Assembly: GCA_963667175.2 (NCBI GenBank)
Contig: CAXXXF010000012.1
Coordinates: forward strand, 32,001-96,000
Source of the DNA: Candidatus Latescibacterota bacterium
GTDB taxonomy: Bacteria; Latescibacterota; UBA2968; GCA-2709665
DNA: 64,000 bases
Reading direction: 5' to 3'
Shown piece after piece: positions 46,848 to 57,157 of the stretch. Each line of letters opens with the position of its first letter. Within the stretch, counting starts at the first letter, position 1. Under the pieces are notes generated by a model, which was not told the origin of the DNA, made no database searches, and worked only from the letters and a program-made list of their open reading frames with translations. The position numbers were made by a program, and so were the translations under genes.

Positions 46848-48032
46848 ATGCTGACCAGCGATTACGCCGACTTCGACGCGCATGAATATGAACGACGCCT
46901 GGCCAGGCTGCGGGATCTCATGTCGCGCGACGGCCTGGACGCGGTGCTGATCAGCACGGACACGAACCATCGCTATTTCACCGGGCACTGGACCCATCGC
47001 TGGGGGCACAAATTCACGTCTCTGTTCGCCCTGCTTCCGCTCAATCGCGACCCGGTGCTCATCGTCCCGCCACTGGAAACCGGAATGTGCGAGGAGGACG
47101 CATGGGTCGAAGATCTGCGCACCTATCAACCGCCCATCCGTATCCGGGCGGGGGTCTCGCTCCTGACCGACGTCATCCGCGAACTTGGCCTCCACGGCGC
47201 CCGCATCGGCGCTGAACTGGGCGGCGTCCTCTGGTCGCGAATGCCATACGACGACTTCGGCCGGCTGAAGGCCAATCTACCCGGCGTACGATTCACGGAT
47301 GCCTCGCGAACGCTCTGGAAGACACGGTTCACCAAGTCTCCCGCCGAGGTCGCGTACATTCGCAAGGCCGTCCGGATCACCGACCAGGCATTCCGCGCGC
47401 TCTTCGAGACCGTCGGCCCCGGCATGACCGAGAGGGACCTGTATCGCCTGCTCTGTGTAGAGCACATGAAACGGGGGATGGACGCCCCGGGTTCGATCAC
47501 CCTGGCCACGTACGTCCCCGGCAACGCGCGCAGCAGCAACCGCAGCCTGCGCCGGCACACCGACCGCGTCGTGACCGAAGGCGAGCTCATCGCGCACGAC
47601 GCCGGAGGCGTATACCGGGGATACTGGTCGGACTACACGCGCATGTTCGCCGTAGGGCGGGCCGAACAGAAACACAAGGACGCGTACCGCGCCGTGTATG
47701 AGTGCCTGCAAGCGGCAAACGCCGCGGTCCGCCCCGGCATTCCAATATCCGACCTGGTTCGCGTTTCGAACGAAACGCTGGCGAGGGCGGGGTACGCAAA
47801 GCAGGCGCGGCAGGTCACCGGGATCGGACACGCCATCGGTCTGGACATCATCGAACCCCCGTTCATCGAACTCGAAGACGACACCATTCTGGAGAAAGGC
47901 ATGGCGCTCACGGTCGAACCTTCTCTATACACGGACGGCGCGTACTTCATGCTCGAAGAGGACGTTGTCGTGACGGATACCGGATGCGAAATCCTGTCGG
48001 AACCCGCACCCCGTGAATTGCCGGTCCTGTAA
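46848..48032 (+). CDS. M24 Xaa-Pro peptidase family
   Basis: D..G...GYWSDYTR, GHAIGLD..E, EP, EED. Confidence 0.9.
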   Translation: MLTSDYADFDAHEYERRLARLRDLMSRDGLDAVLISTDTNHRYFTGHWTHRWGHKFTSLFALLPLNRDPVLIVPPLETGMCEEDAWVEDLRTYQPPIRIRAGVSLLTDVIRELGLHGARIGAELGGVLWSRMPYDDFGRLKANLPGVRFTDASRTLWKTRFTKSPAEVAYIRKAVRITDQAFRALFETVGPGMTERDLYRLLCVEHMKRGMDAPGSITLATYVPGNARSSNRSLRRHTDRVVTEGELIAHDAGGVYRGYWSDYTRMFAVGRAEQKHKDAYRAVYECLQAANAAVRPGIPISDLVRVSNETLARAGYAKQARQVTGIGHAIGLDIIEPPFIELEDDTILEKGMALTVEPSLYTDGAYFMLEEDVVVTDTGCEILSEPAPRELPVL

Positions 48033-48092
48033 TTTCACTCAGGATGCCAGCGAAGCGCTTGTGAGAGTTGAGTCCGGCGTTCGGACCAATTC

Positions 48093-48121
48093 AAAAAAAG
48101 GGCGCATGGCGCCCCTTTTTC
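48093..48121. terminator. Bidirectional intrinsic terminator
   Basis: A7-GGGCGC-ATG-GCGCCC-C-T tract between convergent genes. Confidence 0.75.
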
Positions 48122-48153
48122 CCGTGTGATTTTACCTGGTTTCGCAGTCGCTG

Positions 48154-49485
48154 TCAGAACGACTGCAGATCCTGTATTACCAATCCCGAATAGACTTTCG
48201 GATAGAAGAACGTGGACTTGGGAGGCATACGCTCGCCGGCCAGCACAACGTTACGCAGTTGCTCCATCCCCGTAGGATTCAGAAAGAAACCCGCCCGATC
48301 GGGCGCCGCCTTCACCAGGTCCAGCACCTCACGTCCAACCTTTACAAACGCCACCTTTTCACCCCTGGCCAGGGTTTCCCGGTCGAGATCCAGCACCCTG
48401 CCCACAATCAGCTGCAACAGCCCCGTGTCCAGCGACCGCCACGCCTCCGAGTGATCCTCGCTATCCAGGTCAGCCGGCCGCACGCCGTGCTTCAACCTCA
48501 GGTAGTGTACCTCAGAGCACGCTCCGTGGCAGAATCCGAACACGGTTCCGCGGCTGCCGCGCCGTTTCAACTCCCGCAAAACCGATTGGGGTTCCCTGAG
48601 GGGCGCCCGTTCTACGTCGCACAGTTCGGTCAGTCCCCGGACGAGCTTTGCGACACCGTCGGCGCCCAGGTCCATGACCACACGGTGAATCGCATTGATG
48701 GCCATCCCCTCCGTATCGTCCATGTTCACGAGAGTATGCATCCGGTACCCGTAGGGCCTGCCCTGCCACTGCCCGCCTTCGGCCGCCGCGCGTTCATCCC
48801 GGTAGACCACCGCGGTTTCGTATCGGTGATGGCCGTCGGCGATGAAAAACGGTTTGTCTTTCAGCGATCGGGCGACGCGGTCTACGGTCGCCCGATCGCT
48901 GACCCGCCAGAAGCGGTGTCCGACGCCATCGTCCCCCGTGAACGCGAACAGCGGTTCGTTTTCCAGGACCGGCGCCACGATATCCCGCACCCGTCCGCCG
49001 GAGTCGGAGTATAACGAAAAGATCTGGCCGAACGCCGCCCGGGTGTGCCGCATCAGCGCCAGCCGGTCCGCCTTCGGACCCGGCATCGTATTCTCGTGCG
49101 GCAGGATTGCGCCTTCTCCCAATGCATCCGCACGCACCAGCGCGACGATCCCCAGCCTTGTCTTCTTTGTTGTCCCATCGGGAGTACTGACGTGGAAATC
49201 CTGTGCGTACAGATAAATCCCTTCCTCCCGGTCCCGGATCAGGACACCCTGTTCAAGCCAGCTTCGATAGGCCTCCGCGGCACGGGTGTACCGGTTTTCG
49301 TCGACCGAGTCTCCTGCGTATTCCTCGCCCTGAATAATGCGTACGACGTTGTTGGGATGAGCGTTGTACAGCGCCCGTTGCATCGAAGGATCGATAACGT
49401 CGTAGGGGGGCGAGACCACGTCCCCAACGTCGCCTATCCTGTCGGTCGCGTATCGGATTCCACGAAAGGCCCTTATTTCCGCCAT
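48154..49485 (-). CDS. DUF1015 family protein
   Basis: PPYDVI, PHE.T, IADGHHRYETA, MPPKSTFFYPK. Confidence 0.92.
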   Translation of the reverse strand: MAEIRAFRGIRYATDRIGDVGDVVSPPYDVIDPSMQRALYNAHPNNVVRIIQGEEYAGDSVDENRYTRAAEAYRSWLEQGVLIRDREEGIYLYAQDFHVSTPDGTTKKTRLGIVALVRADALGEGAILPHENTMPGPKADRLALMRHTRAAFGQIFSLYSDSGGRVRDIVAPVLENEPLFAFTGDDGVGHRFWRVSDRATVDRVARSLKDKPFFIADGHHRYETAVVYRDERAAAEGGQWQGRPYGYRMHTLVNMDDTEGMAINAIHRVVMDLGADGVAKLVRGLTELCDVERAPLREPQSVLRELKRRGSRGTVFGFCHGACSEVHYLRLKHGVRPADLDSEDHSEAWRSLDTGLLQLIVGRVLDLDRETLARGEKVAFVKVGREVLDLVKAAPDRAGFFLNPTGMEQLRNVVLAGERMPPKSTFFYPKVYSGLVIQDLQSF

Positions 49486-49516
49486 CTTCAATCTCTCCGG
49501 AATCGGGTGGTACAGG

Positions 49517-50479
49517 TCAATCGACGCGGCTTTCCAGCGTGGGATATCCCAGTTCCCGGTCCGTCTCGTTCAACAGCGGCTTCCCCGCCAGAAACCGTCT
49601 CAGATTCTCACAGAAGAAGTCGACCGTGCGTTGCGGGCGGTAGCTCGATACACCCGCCGAGTGGGTGGTGATGATCACGTTTTCCATTTCCCAGAGCGGG
49701 CTGGTCTCCGGCAGCGGCTCGGTCTCGAAGACGTCCAGGCCCGCGCCGGCGATCTCACCGGACGTCAGCGCATCGATCAGCGCCGCCTCGTCGACGATCG
49801 GGCCCCGTGCCGTATTGACCAGGAAGGCCGAATTCTTCATCGTGCGAAACGCACGCGCATCGATCAGCCTCTCGGTCTGCGGCGTACAGGGACAAGCGAT
49901 AAACACCACGTCGGATTCCGCCAGCAATGCTTCCAGCCGATCCGTTCCCCACAGCGCCTTCACGTAATCGGGCACTTCCGACTGCTGCACGTCAACCGCG
50001 AGAATTCGCAGTTCGAATCCACTGGCCAGCCGGGCGTACCGCCGCCCGATTCCGCCGAATCCCACGATCCCGGCCGTGGCCCCGTACAGATCCCGGATCG
50101 GCGCGCCTCTCCATTCGTGCGCAAGCTGATTGCGCACGGTTACGTGCAGGCCCCGGAACAGGGCCGACGTCAGCGCCCAGGCGTGTTCCGCCACCTGAAG
50201 GGCGTGCAATCCGCTGGCGTTGCTCAACCTGAAATCGGCCTCCCGGACACCGGGTACGTCCATCAACGTGTCCATGCCCGCGCTGGTGGTCTGGATCCAA
50301 CTGACCCGCCGGGCCGCGCGGATGATCTCCTCAGTATACATGCCGAAGATCACGTCGGCGTCGCCCACGACCGCGGGGGCATCATCCATCGCTGCCATCA
50401 CAACTTCCGCGCCGGGCGCTGCCTGGCGTACTTGCTCACACAACGCTTCGTTCACCGGCGGACACAGAACGATCTTCAT
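49517..50479 (-). CDS. D-2-hydroxyacid dehydrogenase
   Basis: GFGGIG, NTARG, DVFETEPL, H.AG. Confidence 0.92.
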   Translation of the reverse strand: MKIVLCPPVNEALCEQVRQAAPGAEVVMAAMDDAPAVVGDADVIFGMYTEEIIRAARRVSWIQTTSAGMDTLMDVPGVREADFRLSNASGLHALQVAEHAWALTSALFRGLHVTVRNQLAHEWRGAPIRDLYGATAGIVGFGGIGRRYARLASGFELRILAVDVQQSEVPDYVKALWGTDRLEALLAESDVVFIACPCTPQTERLIDARAFRTMKNSAFLVNTARGPIVDEAALIDALTSGEIAGAGLDVFETEPLPETSPLWEMENVIITTHSAGVSSYRPQRTVDFFCENLRRFLAGKPLLNETDRELGYPTLESRVD

Positions 50480-50550
50480 GGTTGAACCTGCCTTCCTGAA
50501 TAGGTGCGCGACACGCCGTACAGCCACGACCGTTCAAGCCGACGCGCTCC

Positions 50551-50579
50551 TTGACAAAACCCCGTCCGCTGTTTAACAT
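50551..50579 (+). promoter_or_regulatory. sigma70 promoter of the MFS gene
   Basis: TTGACA-17 nt-TAACAT. Confidence 0.6.
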
Positions 50580-50616
50580 ACCCGTCTTCCAGACCCCCGG
50601 TACCCCCTGGAATCCA

Positions 50617-51933
50617 ATGAAGATACCCGTCCGCAATCCCCTCGTTTTGCCGGTTTACGTTCCGTCGCTGTTGTTGATGTTCGGCAACGGGATGCTGATT
50701 CCGATCCTCCCGTTGTACGCGGAGACCTTCAGTGCGTCGTACGGCCTCATCGGTGTCGTGCTGGCCGCCGAGGGCGTGGGCAGACTGGTCGTCGCGCTGC
50801 CAGCAGGGTTTCTTCTCGGAAACTTCGGTCGGAAACCCGTCATGGTTCTTGGCGTCAGCTGCGTCGCCCTGTCCACGCTCGCGCTGTTCTGGGCGCAGGA
50901 CATTTACGAAGTCGTGTGCTACCGTCTTGCCGCCGGGGTCGGCGGATCCCTCTGGCACATCTCATGTCACGCCTATCTGGCGGACGCCGCTCCGGTCTTT
51001 CACCGCGGAAGAGCACTCTCGATCTTCGGCGGGATTCAACGCATCGGGACCTTCGCGGGGCCGGCGGCGGGTGGCGCGCTCGGCGCACACTACAGTCTGG
51101 AAACGCCGTTTCTCGTGTTCGGGGGTCTGGCGGCTCTCGTCGTTATCATTGCCGCGTGGCGGTTTGAAACCGAACCGTCGTCCGCGGCGCGGCACATCCG
51201 CGCCGGACGTCTGAAACCCCTTCTGACGATATTCAAAACGCACTTTCGGGAACTGGCCATCGCGGGCTCGGGGCAGCTCTTTGCCCAGACCATCCGAGCC
51301 GGACGCCACGTTGTCGTGCCCCTTTACGCGGCCGGCGTGATCGGTCTGGACGTTCAGGCCATCGGATGGATCATCACCATTTCCGCGCTGGTCGACATGT
51401 CGCTCTTCTATCCCGCCGGCCACGTCATGGACCGATTCGGCAGAAAGTTCGCGATGGTGCCCTGTTTTCTGATCCAGGCGGTCGCCATGGCTGCCATACC
51501 ATTCACTCACAGTTTTACGGGACTGCTGCTGGCGACGGCGGTCCTGGGGATGGGCAACGGCATCGGCTCCGGTTCCATGATGACCCTCGGCGCCGACCTT
51601 GCGCCAAGGGAATCGGTCGGTGAGTTTCTGGGGGCCTGGCGCCTGGTCGGCGATACGGGCCATACGGGCGCGCCGCTTGTGGTCGGGGGCATCGCCGACC
51701 TTCTCGGTCTTTCCCCTGCAACGTTCGCAATCGCGGGATTCGGCCTGCTGGCCGCGGGTACCTTTGCGTTTCTTGTGCCGGAAACGCTTACGGACGGAGC
51801 ATCTCCCGGCCATGCTCCGCACGGCGACGGACGTGACCGACCGGACGCGCAAAAAAAAACCGCGCCCCTGGCGGTGCGGGTGAACGGAAGCTGTACCAAA
51901 CTTCCGGCGCCGGAATCGGATCAGGAGCCGTGA
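50617..51933 (+). CDS. MFS transporter
   Basis: ~12 TM helices, G..MDRFGRK motif. Confidence 0.9.
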   Translation: MKIPVRNPLVLPVYVPSLLLMFGNGMLIPILPLYAETFSASYGLIGVVLAAEGVGRLVVALPAGFLLGNFGRKPVMVLGVSCVALSTLALFWAQDIYEVVCYRLAAGVGGSLWHISCHAYLADAAPVFHRGRALSIFGGIQRIGTFAGPAAGGALGAHYSLETPFLVFGGLAALVVIIAAWRFETEPSSAARHIRAGRLKPLLTIFKTHFRELAIAGSGQLFAQTIRAGRHVVVPLYAAGVIGLDVQAIGWIITISALVDMSLFYPAGHVMDRFGRKFAMVPCFLIQAVAMAAIPFTHSFTGLLLATAVLGMGNGIGSGSMMTLGADLAPRESVGEFLGAWRLVGDTGHTGAPLVVGGIADLLGLSPATFAIAGFGLLAAGTFAFLVPETLTDGASPGHAPHGDGRDRPDAQKKTAPLAVRVNGSCTKLPAPESDQEP

Positions 51934-52060
51934 ACCGGGTTTGCCAGCCAGTCTGCGAACGGCCGCCTTCGGGCCGAATCCATTGACAACGCTCGTGCCG
52001 TCCGTTAGATTTCCCGAGACGGACTCCTTCGATCCACGACCCGAATGAGAGGCGGATCCG

Positions 52061-52261
52061 ATGACCAGAGAGAGCATTATTGCGGGCATCTGCCTGCTGG
52101 TCACGCTGGGGCTGATGTGGCTTGCGGATCATCCGGACAAGGTCGCCGGCGCCGTTATCCTGGGCATTGTCTTCTGCGTTTTTATTCTGGTCGCCCGCCT
52201 GAAGGGGCGGGGCAACGCCAGAACGAACCGGATGATACGAAAGCCGCCGGAGCGGAAGTGA
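52061..52261 (+). CDS. Small two-TM membrane protein
   Basis: Upstream TTGACA-17-TAGATT promoter (51983-52011) and GAGG RBS; two hydrophobic segments. Confidence 0.55.
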   Translation: MTRESIIAGICLLVTLGLMWLADHPDKVAGAVILGIVFCVFILVARLKGRGNARTNRMIRKPPERK

Positions 52262-52297
52262 ACGCGTTTCATCCCGATACGAACAGACATTCCTGCC

Positions 52298-53020
52298 ATG
52301 CGCGCCCGTCCCGAAATCTCCGTGATCATCCCGGTATTCAACGAGCAGGACGCCATTCAGAACGTACTGTCCGATATTCCAGGTCATCTCGACGTCGACG
52401 TGGTGGTGGTGGACAACGGATCCACCGACCGTACGGTCGACCTGGCCAGACAGATGGGCGCCCGCGTCGTACACGAAGATCGACGGGGATACGGCTGGGC
52501 TTGCCTGGCGGGTATCGCCGCCCTGGAGAAACCCGATATTGTGGTTTTCCTGGACGGCGATTACAGTGACCATCCCGATGAAATGACGCTGCTGGTGGCG
52601 CCCGTCGCGGAGAATCGCGCGGACCTCGTGATCGGGTCGCGTACGCTGGGCCGCCGGGAGGCCGGCGCGCTGCTTCCACAGGCCCGCTTCGGCAATTGGC
52701 TGGCCACGTGGCTCATCCGTCGAATGTTCAGCGCCGACTTCACCGACCTCGGACCATTTCGCGCCATATCGTACCCGGCGCTTGTCGCGCTCGATATGCA
52801 GGACAGGACCTTCGGCTGGACGGTGGAAATGCAGGTGAAGGCTGCCCGGATGGGCCTCCGGCACCTGGACGTTCCGGTAAGTTACCGACGTCGTATTGGC
52901 GTTTCCAAGATTACCGGAACCCTGAGCGGCACGATCCGGGCGGGCTGGAAAATCCTCTACACGATCTTCAGATACCGATTCCTGGAACCACCTGGATCCT
53001 CACCCGCCAGCCCGCATTGA
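52298..53020 (+). CDS. Glycosyltransferase family 2
   Basis: IIPVFNE, VDNGSTD, FLDGD, DLGPFRAI. Confidence 0.93.
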   Translation: MRARPEISVIIPVFNEQDAIQNVLSDIPGHLDVDVVVVDNGSTDRTVDLARQMGARVVHEDRRGYGWACLAGIAALEKPDIVVFLDGDYSDHPDEMTLLVAPVAENRADLVIGSRTLGRREAGALLPQARFGNWLATWLIRRMFSADFTDLGPFRAISYPALVALDMQDRTFGWTVEMQVKAARMGLRHLDVPVSYRRRIGVSKITGTLSGTIRAGWKILYTIFRYRFLEPPGSSPASPH

Positions 53021-53060
53021 ATCGATCCGGCCTCCTCGACGCCGCGGTCGACCTGTGAAG

Positions 53061-53393
53061 TCAGGCTCTATCGGACTCTTCGCAAGTGCCCCCGTGTTCT
53101 CCGTCCAGCAACATGGTCAGTCGCGCGGCCACCCGCTGGGCCTGCCTGCCTGCCGCTTCGCGTCCCGTCCGAACCTTCAACAACCTGTCGGCGATATCCA
53201 GCGCCGCGATGATGGCTATTTTTGTCGGTTCGGCCAATTTTTGCTGTGACGCGATCTCCGTCATCCGACGGTCGACCAGATCGGCGACCCGATGCGTATA
53301 GTCGGACGACTCCCGGCTTTGAACGGGATACTGGCGCCCGAAGATCGTAACGCTGGTCGTTTCAGCCCGGTCGCGGCCGTCCGAAAGTAACAT
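53061..53393 (-). CDS. zapA: Cell division protein ZapA
   Basis: VTIFGRQY...VADLVDRRM...AIIAALDIAD. Confidence 0.85.
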   Translation of the reverse strand: MLLSDGRDRAETTSVTIFGRQYPVQSRESSDYTHRVADLVDRRMTEIASQQKLAEPTKIAIIAALDIADRLLKVRTGREAAGRQAQRVAARLTMLLDGEHGGTCEESDRA

Positions 53394-53572
53394 GCTACCC
53401 CCTGAGTTTCTCGCGAATTATCGGAACTCCGGTCAATGGTCCACGGCATTCGCCGATTTCGCCCGTCGATTTACTGATCTATCCGCAGGTTCCTGCCTCC
53501 CGTTATCTGTGACCCGGTGGCGTTGCGGTACGGGAAGACCGGGCCGACGTTCAAGCGCCGTTGACGCCGAAC

Positions 53573-53839
53573 TCAAATCTTGTTCGGGGCTTCAAGCGGA
53601 TCCACCCGAACCACGCCGTCCGTCGCGGGTACCATTACCTCCACAACCCAACCGTCCACGTCCCTGCCCATCACCCGAATCCGCTTGGGATTCCGACGCA
53701 ATACGGTTGCGTCCTTGGAAACTCTGGCGAACGCGTGGTATTTTTCATCGTCGACACAGAAAAACCGCTGAATTCGACCCTCGGGTTTTCCGCCCAGTTG
53801 CGCGCTTCTTTGTGTATGGCTCCTCGAGGATTCATCCAT
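53573..53839 (-). CDS. Hypothetical protein (88 aa)
   Basis: GAGGAG RBS, follows nadD in the same orientation. Confidence 0.55.
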   Translation of the reverse strand: MDESSRSHTQRSAQLGGKPEGRIQRFFCVDDEKYHAFARVSKDATVLRRNPKRIRVMGRDVDGWVVEVMVPATDGVVRVDPLEAPNKI

Positions 53840-53854
53840 CGAGCACTCGCTATT

Positions 53855-54442
53855 CTAACCGTAAAGGCGGCGTGTTTCGATATACCGCGCGACATTGTCC
53901 GGCACCCAATATCGAATGGGCCTGCCCGTACGAATACGGGAACGGATCTGTGTGGAAGAAATCTCTATAAGCGGCGTTTCAAGGAAACGCATTCGAGCGG
54001 CTATTCGTTTGTCGACGTCGTCGGGAAGAAACCCGGGGCGACCCATCACCGTTACGTGCGCGAGGTCGAGAACCCCCTGGGGATCGCACCACGTCGACAT
54101 CTCTGGCGCGTTATCGGCGCCGATGATCAGATAGAGATCAGTCGCGGACCCGAATTTTCCACGCAGTTGCCTCAGGGTCTCAACAGTATAGGACTTGCCG
54201 GTTCGTTCCAACTCGATCGGGCACAGCTCAAACCCGGGCTGTCTGTCGAGGGCAAGCGCAACCATTCTGGCGCGCGCTTCGGCCGGCGCCACGTCTGTGG
54301 CGTTCTTGTGGGGAGGGTCCGCTGAGGGTACGAACAGGACGCGGTCCAGACAACATTGTGCCAGCGCCTCCTGGGCGATTATCAGATGGCCGAGATGAAT
54401 GGGATCAAACGTGCCACCGAGGATGCCGATCCTTCCGCCCAT
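53855..54442 (-). CDS. nadD: Nicotinate-nucleotide adenylyltransferase
   Basis: GGTFDPIHLGH, PPHK, SYT, ISSTQIR. Confidence 0.95.
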   Translation of the reverse strand: MGGRIGILGGTFDPIHLGHLIIAQEALAQCCLDRVLFVPSADPPHKNATDVAPAEARARMVALALDRQPGFELCPIELERTGKSYTVETLRQLRGKFGSATDLYLIIGADNAPEMSTWCDPQGVLDLAHVTVMGRPGFLPDDVDKRIAARMRFLETPLIEISSTQIRSRIRTGRPIRYWVPDNVARYIETRRLYG

Positions 54443-54448
54443 GCCGCC

Positions 54449-55270
54449 TCACCTGGAATTCGCGGCGCTGGAGCCGTTTGTCTTCGCCGCCGGTTTCCGG
54501 TGTTCGGTCTTCCGTCCGGCCCGGGTTTTCTCAATCTGGCGTATCTCTTCGGCAATCTCACGTTTCAGTTCGTCCTGAACCCCGTCCGCGGCCAGGAGCC
54601 TCAACATCTCGAGCGCTTCGTCCAGGTCGCCCAGTTGGTGTCTTGTGCGTGCGAGAAGAAACCTGGCACGTGCCGCGAGCGGGGTATCGTTGAATTCCTT
54701 CAGGACGATCTCACAATACCGCGCGGCGGATTCGAACATGTCCCACTGAATGTAGTTCCGGGCGACCATGAGTTTCTTTTGCGCCAGTTTGGTCCGAAGT
54801 TCCAGTATTCTGTCGCGCGTGCTCGGGACGAGATCGCTATCGGGGAAATCCTCGATAAACCGTTCGAACTCCCTGATGGCCTTGTGGGTCTCATCCTGGT
54901 CGTGATGGATGCCCCGCGACTGACGGTAGTAACACACCCCGATCTGGTACCGCGCCTGGTCGACAAACGAGCTGGTTGGAAACTCGTTCAGCAGCCGCTC
55001 GAATTCAAATACCGCCGTCACGTAGTCCTTGTCGCACAAAAACGCGAAGCCGAGTTTATATTGGGCCCGGTCGACCAGATGTGACCCCGGAAAGTCCGAC
55101 AGCAGATTTCGGAGCAACTTCTGGGCCTCCCAGCAATTCTTCTGCTCGAGCGCTTCGTTCGCCATTTCCAGGTACAGGTCCGCACTCGGATGGCGATACC
55201 TGTTCTGGGCGCATCCGCCCAATGCCAGCAGGCCAATTGAACACAGAACGATGACACAGCGCGTCATCAT
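54449..55270 (-). CDS. bamD: Outer membrane protein assembly factor BamD
   Basis: Lipobox LALGGC, TPR repeats, DQDET..AI..F..FIEDFPDS. Confidence 0.85.
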   Translation of the reverse strand: MMTRCVIVLCSIGLLALGGCAQNRYRHPSADLYLEMANEALEQKNCWEAQKLLRNLLSDFPGSHLVDRAQYKLGFAFLCDKDYVTAVFEFERLLNEFPTSSFVDQARYQIGVCYYRQSRGIHHDQDETHKAIREFERFIEDFPDSDLVPSTRDRILELRTKLAQKKLMVARNYIQWDMFESAARYCEIVLKEFNDTPLAARARFLLARTRHQLGDLDEALEMLRLLAADGVQDELKREIAEEIRQIEKTRAGRKTEHRKPAAKTNGSSAANSR

Positions 55271-55761
55271 ACCCATCCTACTTCGCAATAACAGAAAATC
55301 GGGGCCGTGTTTATCCCAACCCCGAACGGTCAGTGCGATCGACCACCCTGCAACCAGGACGTCTTCGAGTGGCGTATGCCATGGAATCAATCGGCAAAGC
55401 CGACGCTCTTACCTTTGACTCCGGAAACCCGCGGATGGTTCCGTACAAGACCGGCGGGAATCGCTGCCGGCGGTTCGGACCGTATTCGCGGAAGCGTCCG
55501 GTTCCTGAACGTTTTCTTCGGCAGATTGGGAAAACTTAAGCAAACCCCACAGGCAAGTCAAGAGAATACAATGAGGTCCGAAACTTCCCGTCGCGACCGG
55601 GCGAATTCGCACAGGTTCATCTTGACGAACCCGTCCCGACAGGGTTACCTTGCATTCCGGTCCGAAATCCCTTCGGTGGCGTCCGGGGGCGGGTCGAGAC
55701 CGGTGCGGTATATCTCGCAGCCCGACCGTAGCGGCGCCCATCGATTGATACGGAGATTCCC

Positions 55762-56709
55762 ATGGTTTCGCGTCCGCACGTTCTGGTCATCGGAAGTTCC
55801 AATACGGACCTGATCGTCCGATCGGCGAGCCTGCCGAGCCCCGGCCAGACGATCATCGCGGATGCGTTTGTCACGTTGCCGGGAGGCAAGGGCGCCAATC
55901 AGGCGGTCGCGGCGGCCCGTTCAGGCGCGCGCGTCTCGTTCGTTGCGCGAATCGGAAGGGACGCGTTCGGCGCGGACGCCCTGCGCTGCCTGGAAGCGGA
56001 GGGCATCGATACGACCTGCGTGACGAGAGACCCGGATCTGCCGTCGGGCATCGCCTCAATCCTGGTGGACGGCAGGGGCGAGAACGCCATTGCCGTGGTT
56101 CCGGGCGCCAACGCCGCCCTTTCTCCCGTTCAGATTGACGCCGCCCGATCCCTTTTCGACCGCGCTTCCGCGTGCCTCCTTCAGCTTGAAACGCCTCTGC
56201 CGACAGTCCTCCACGCCGCGGGGATTGCGAGGGACCACGGGGTCCCGGTAATTCTCAATCCGGCGCCCGCCCGCGACCTCCCCGATCGTCTTCTTTCCGA
56301 TCTATTCCTTCTCACGCCGAACGAAACGGAAACCGAGATTCTGACCGGCGTTCGCCCGGATACCGAAGAGGCGGCGCGCCGTGCCGCAGACGTCCTGATG
56401 GCCCGGGGGGTTGACAACGTCATCATCACCCTTGGCGCACGCGGCGCGCTTCTGGCCACGGATCGGAATGCCATGCTGTTCCCGCCGCCCGGGGTCGACG
56501 TTCGCGACACGACCGGCGCCGGAGACGCCTTCAACGGAGCGCTCGCGGCCGCACTCTGCGCAGCGAGATCCCTACCCGACGCCGTCGCCTTCGCGAACTG
56601 CGCGGGCGCGCTCGCGGTGACCCGGATCGGCGCGCAGTCCGCGCTGCCGCGCGAGGCTCAGATCAGGGCTCTGATGGATGCTCCGACGAGGCGCGGGCCG
56701 CATTCCTGA
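55762..56709 (+). CDS. rbsK: Ribokinase
   Basis: GGKGANQAVA, NPAP, NETE, DTTGAGDAF. Confidence 0.92.
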   Translation: MVSRPHVLVIGSSNTDLIVRSASLPSPGQTIIADAFVTLPGGKGANQAVAAARSGARVSFVARIGRDAFGADALRCLEAEGIDTTCVTRDPDLPSGIASILVDGRGENAIAVVPGANAALSPVQIDAARSLFDRASACLLQLETPLPTVLHAAGIARDHGVPVILNPAPARDLPDRLLSDLFLLTPNETETEILTGVRPDTEEAARRAADVLMARGVDNVIITLGARGALLATDRNAMLFPPPGVDVRDTTGAGDAFNGALAAALCAARSLPDAVAFANCAGALAVTRIGAQSALPREAQIRALMDAPTRRGPHS

Positions 56710-56858
56710 CCGCGGGAAATCTGCTGTTTTCGCCTTTTCTCTTGACCCCTCTCTCACCCTGTCCTATATTCTGATCCCTCACGTAGTTAACCCGAGCGTG
56801 TACGGCAATCAACCTCCCCCCTCTCCCTGATTCCCCTTGCACGAAGGGAGTGTTTTGT

Positions 56859-57044
56859 ATGGCGAACCGCGCAGGCGTCGAGCCACGCCTCGACTATGAG
56901 GATCTCGTGGACGAGCTGGATCGGTTTGAATCGGAAGCCAAAGACCTTCAGACGCGCATCGCGCAGTTTATGGACGGCGCCAGGCAGGCCCTGGCGGGCG
57001 AGGCGAGTACCGGCGTGGAACCCCTGGGTACCGCCGCCGACTGA
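56859..57044 (+). CDS. Small acidic coiled-coil protein, monocistronic
   Basis: TTGACC-17-TATATT promoter (~56742-56770), GGGAG RBS, long hairpin downstream. Confidence 0.6.
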   Translation: MANRAGVEPRLDYEDLVDELDRFESEAKDLQTRIAQFMDGARQALAGEASTGVEPLGTAAD

Positions 57045-57061
57045 AGCCGCATCTGCAAATG

Positions 57062-57116
57062 GCATCCACAAGCAAAAGAGGCGGGGTTAAACCCCGCCTC
57101 TTTTGCTTGTGGATGC
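57062..57116. terminator. Long perfect hairpin / bidirectional terminator
   Basis: GCATCCACAAGCAAAAGAGGCGGGGTT-A-AACCCCGCCTCTTTTGCTTGTGGATGC. Confidence 0.8.
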
Positions 57117-57157
57117 ACGGATGAGCAACCCGTCCATGCACTGCCTTCCCCGCGCCG

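Noticed and set aside
53020-53570. 6S RNA next to zapA
   Set aside because: Only ~40 bp separate zapA from the convergent GT2 gene, and no recognisable 6S structure lies upstream
55280-55760. Riboswitch or ncRNA in the bamD-rbsK intergenic region (GAACCCGTC resembles part of a c-di-AMP switch)
   Set aside because: Other conserved elements are absent; the segment fits divergent sigma70 promoters (TTGACG..TACCTT on +, TTGACT..TAAGTT on -)
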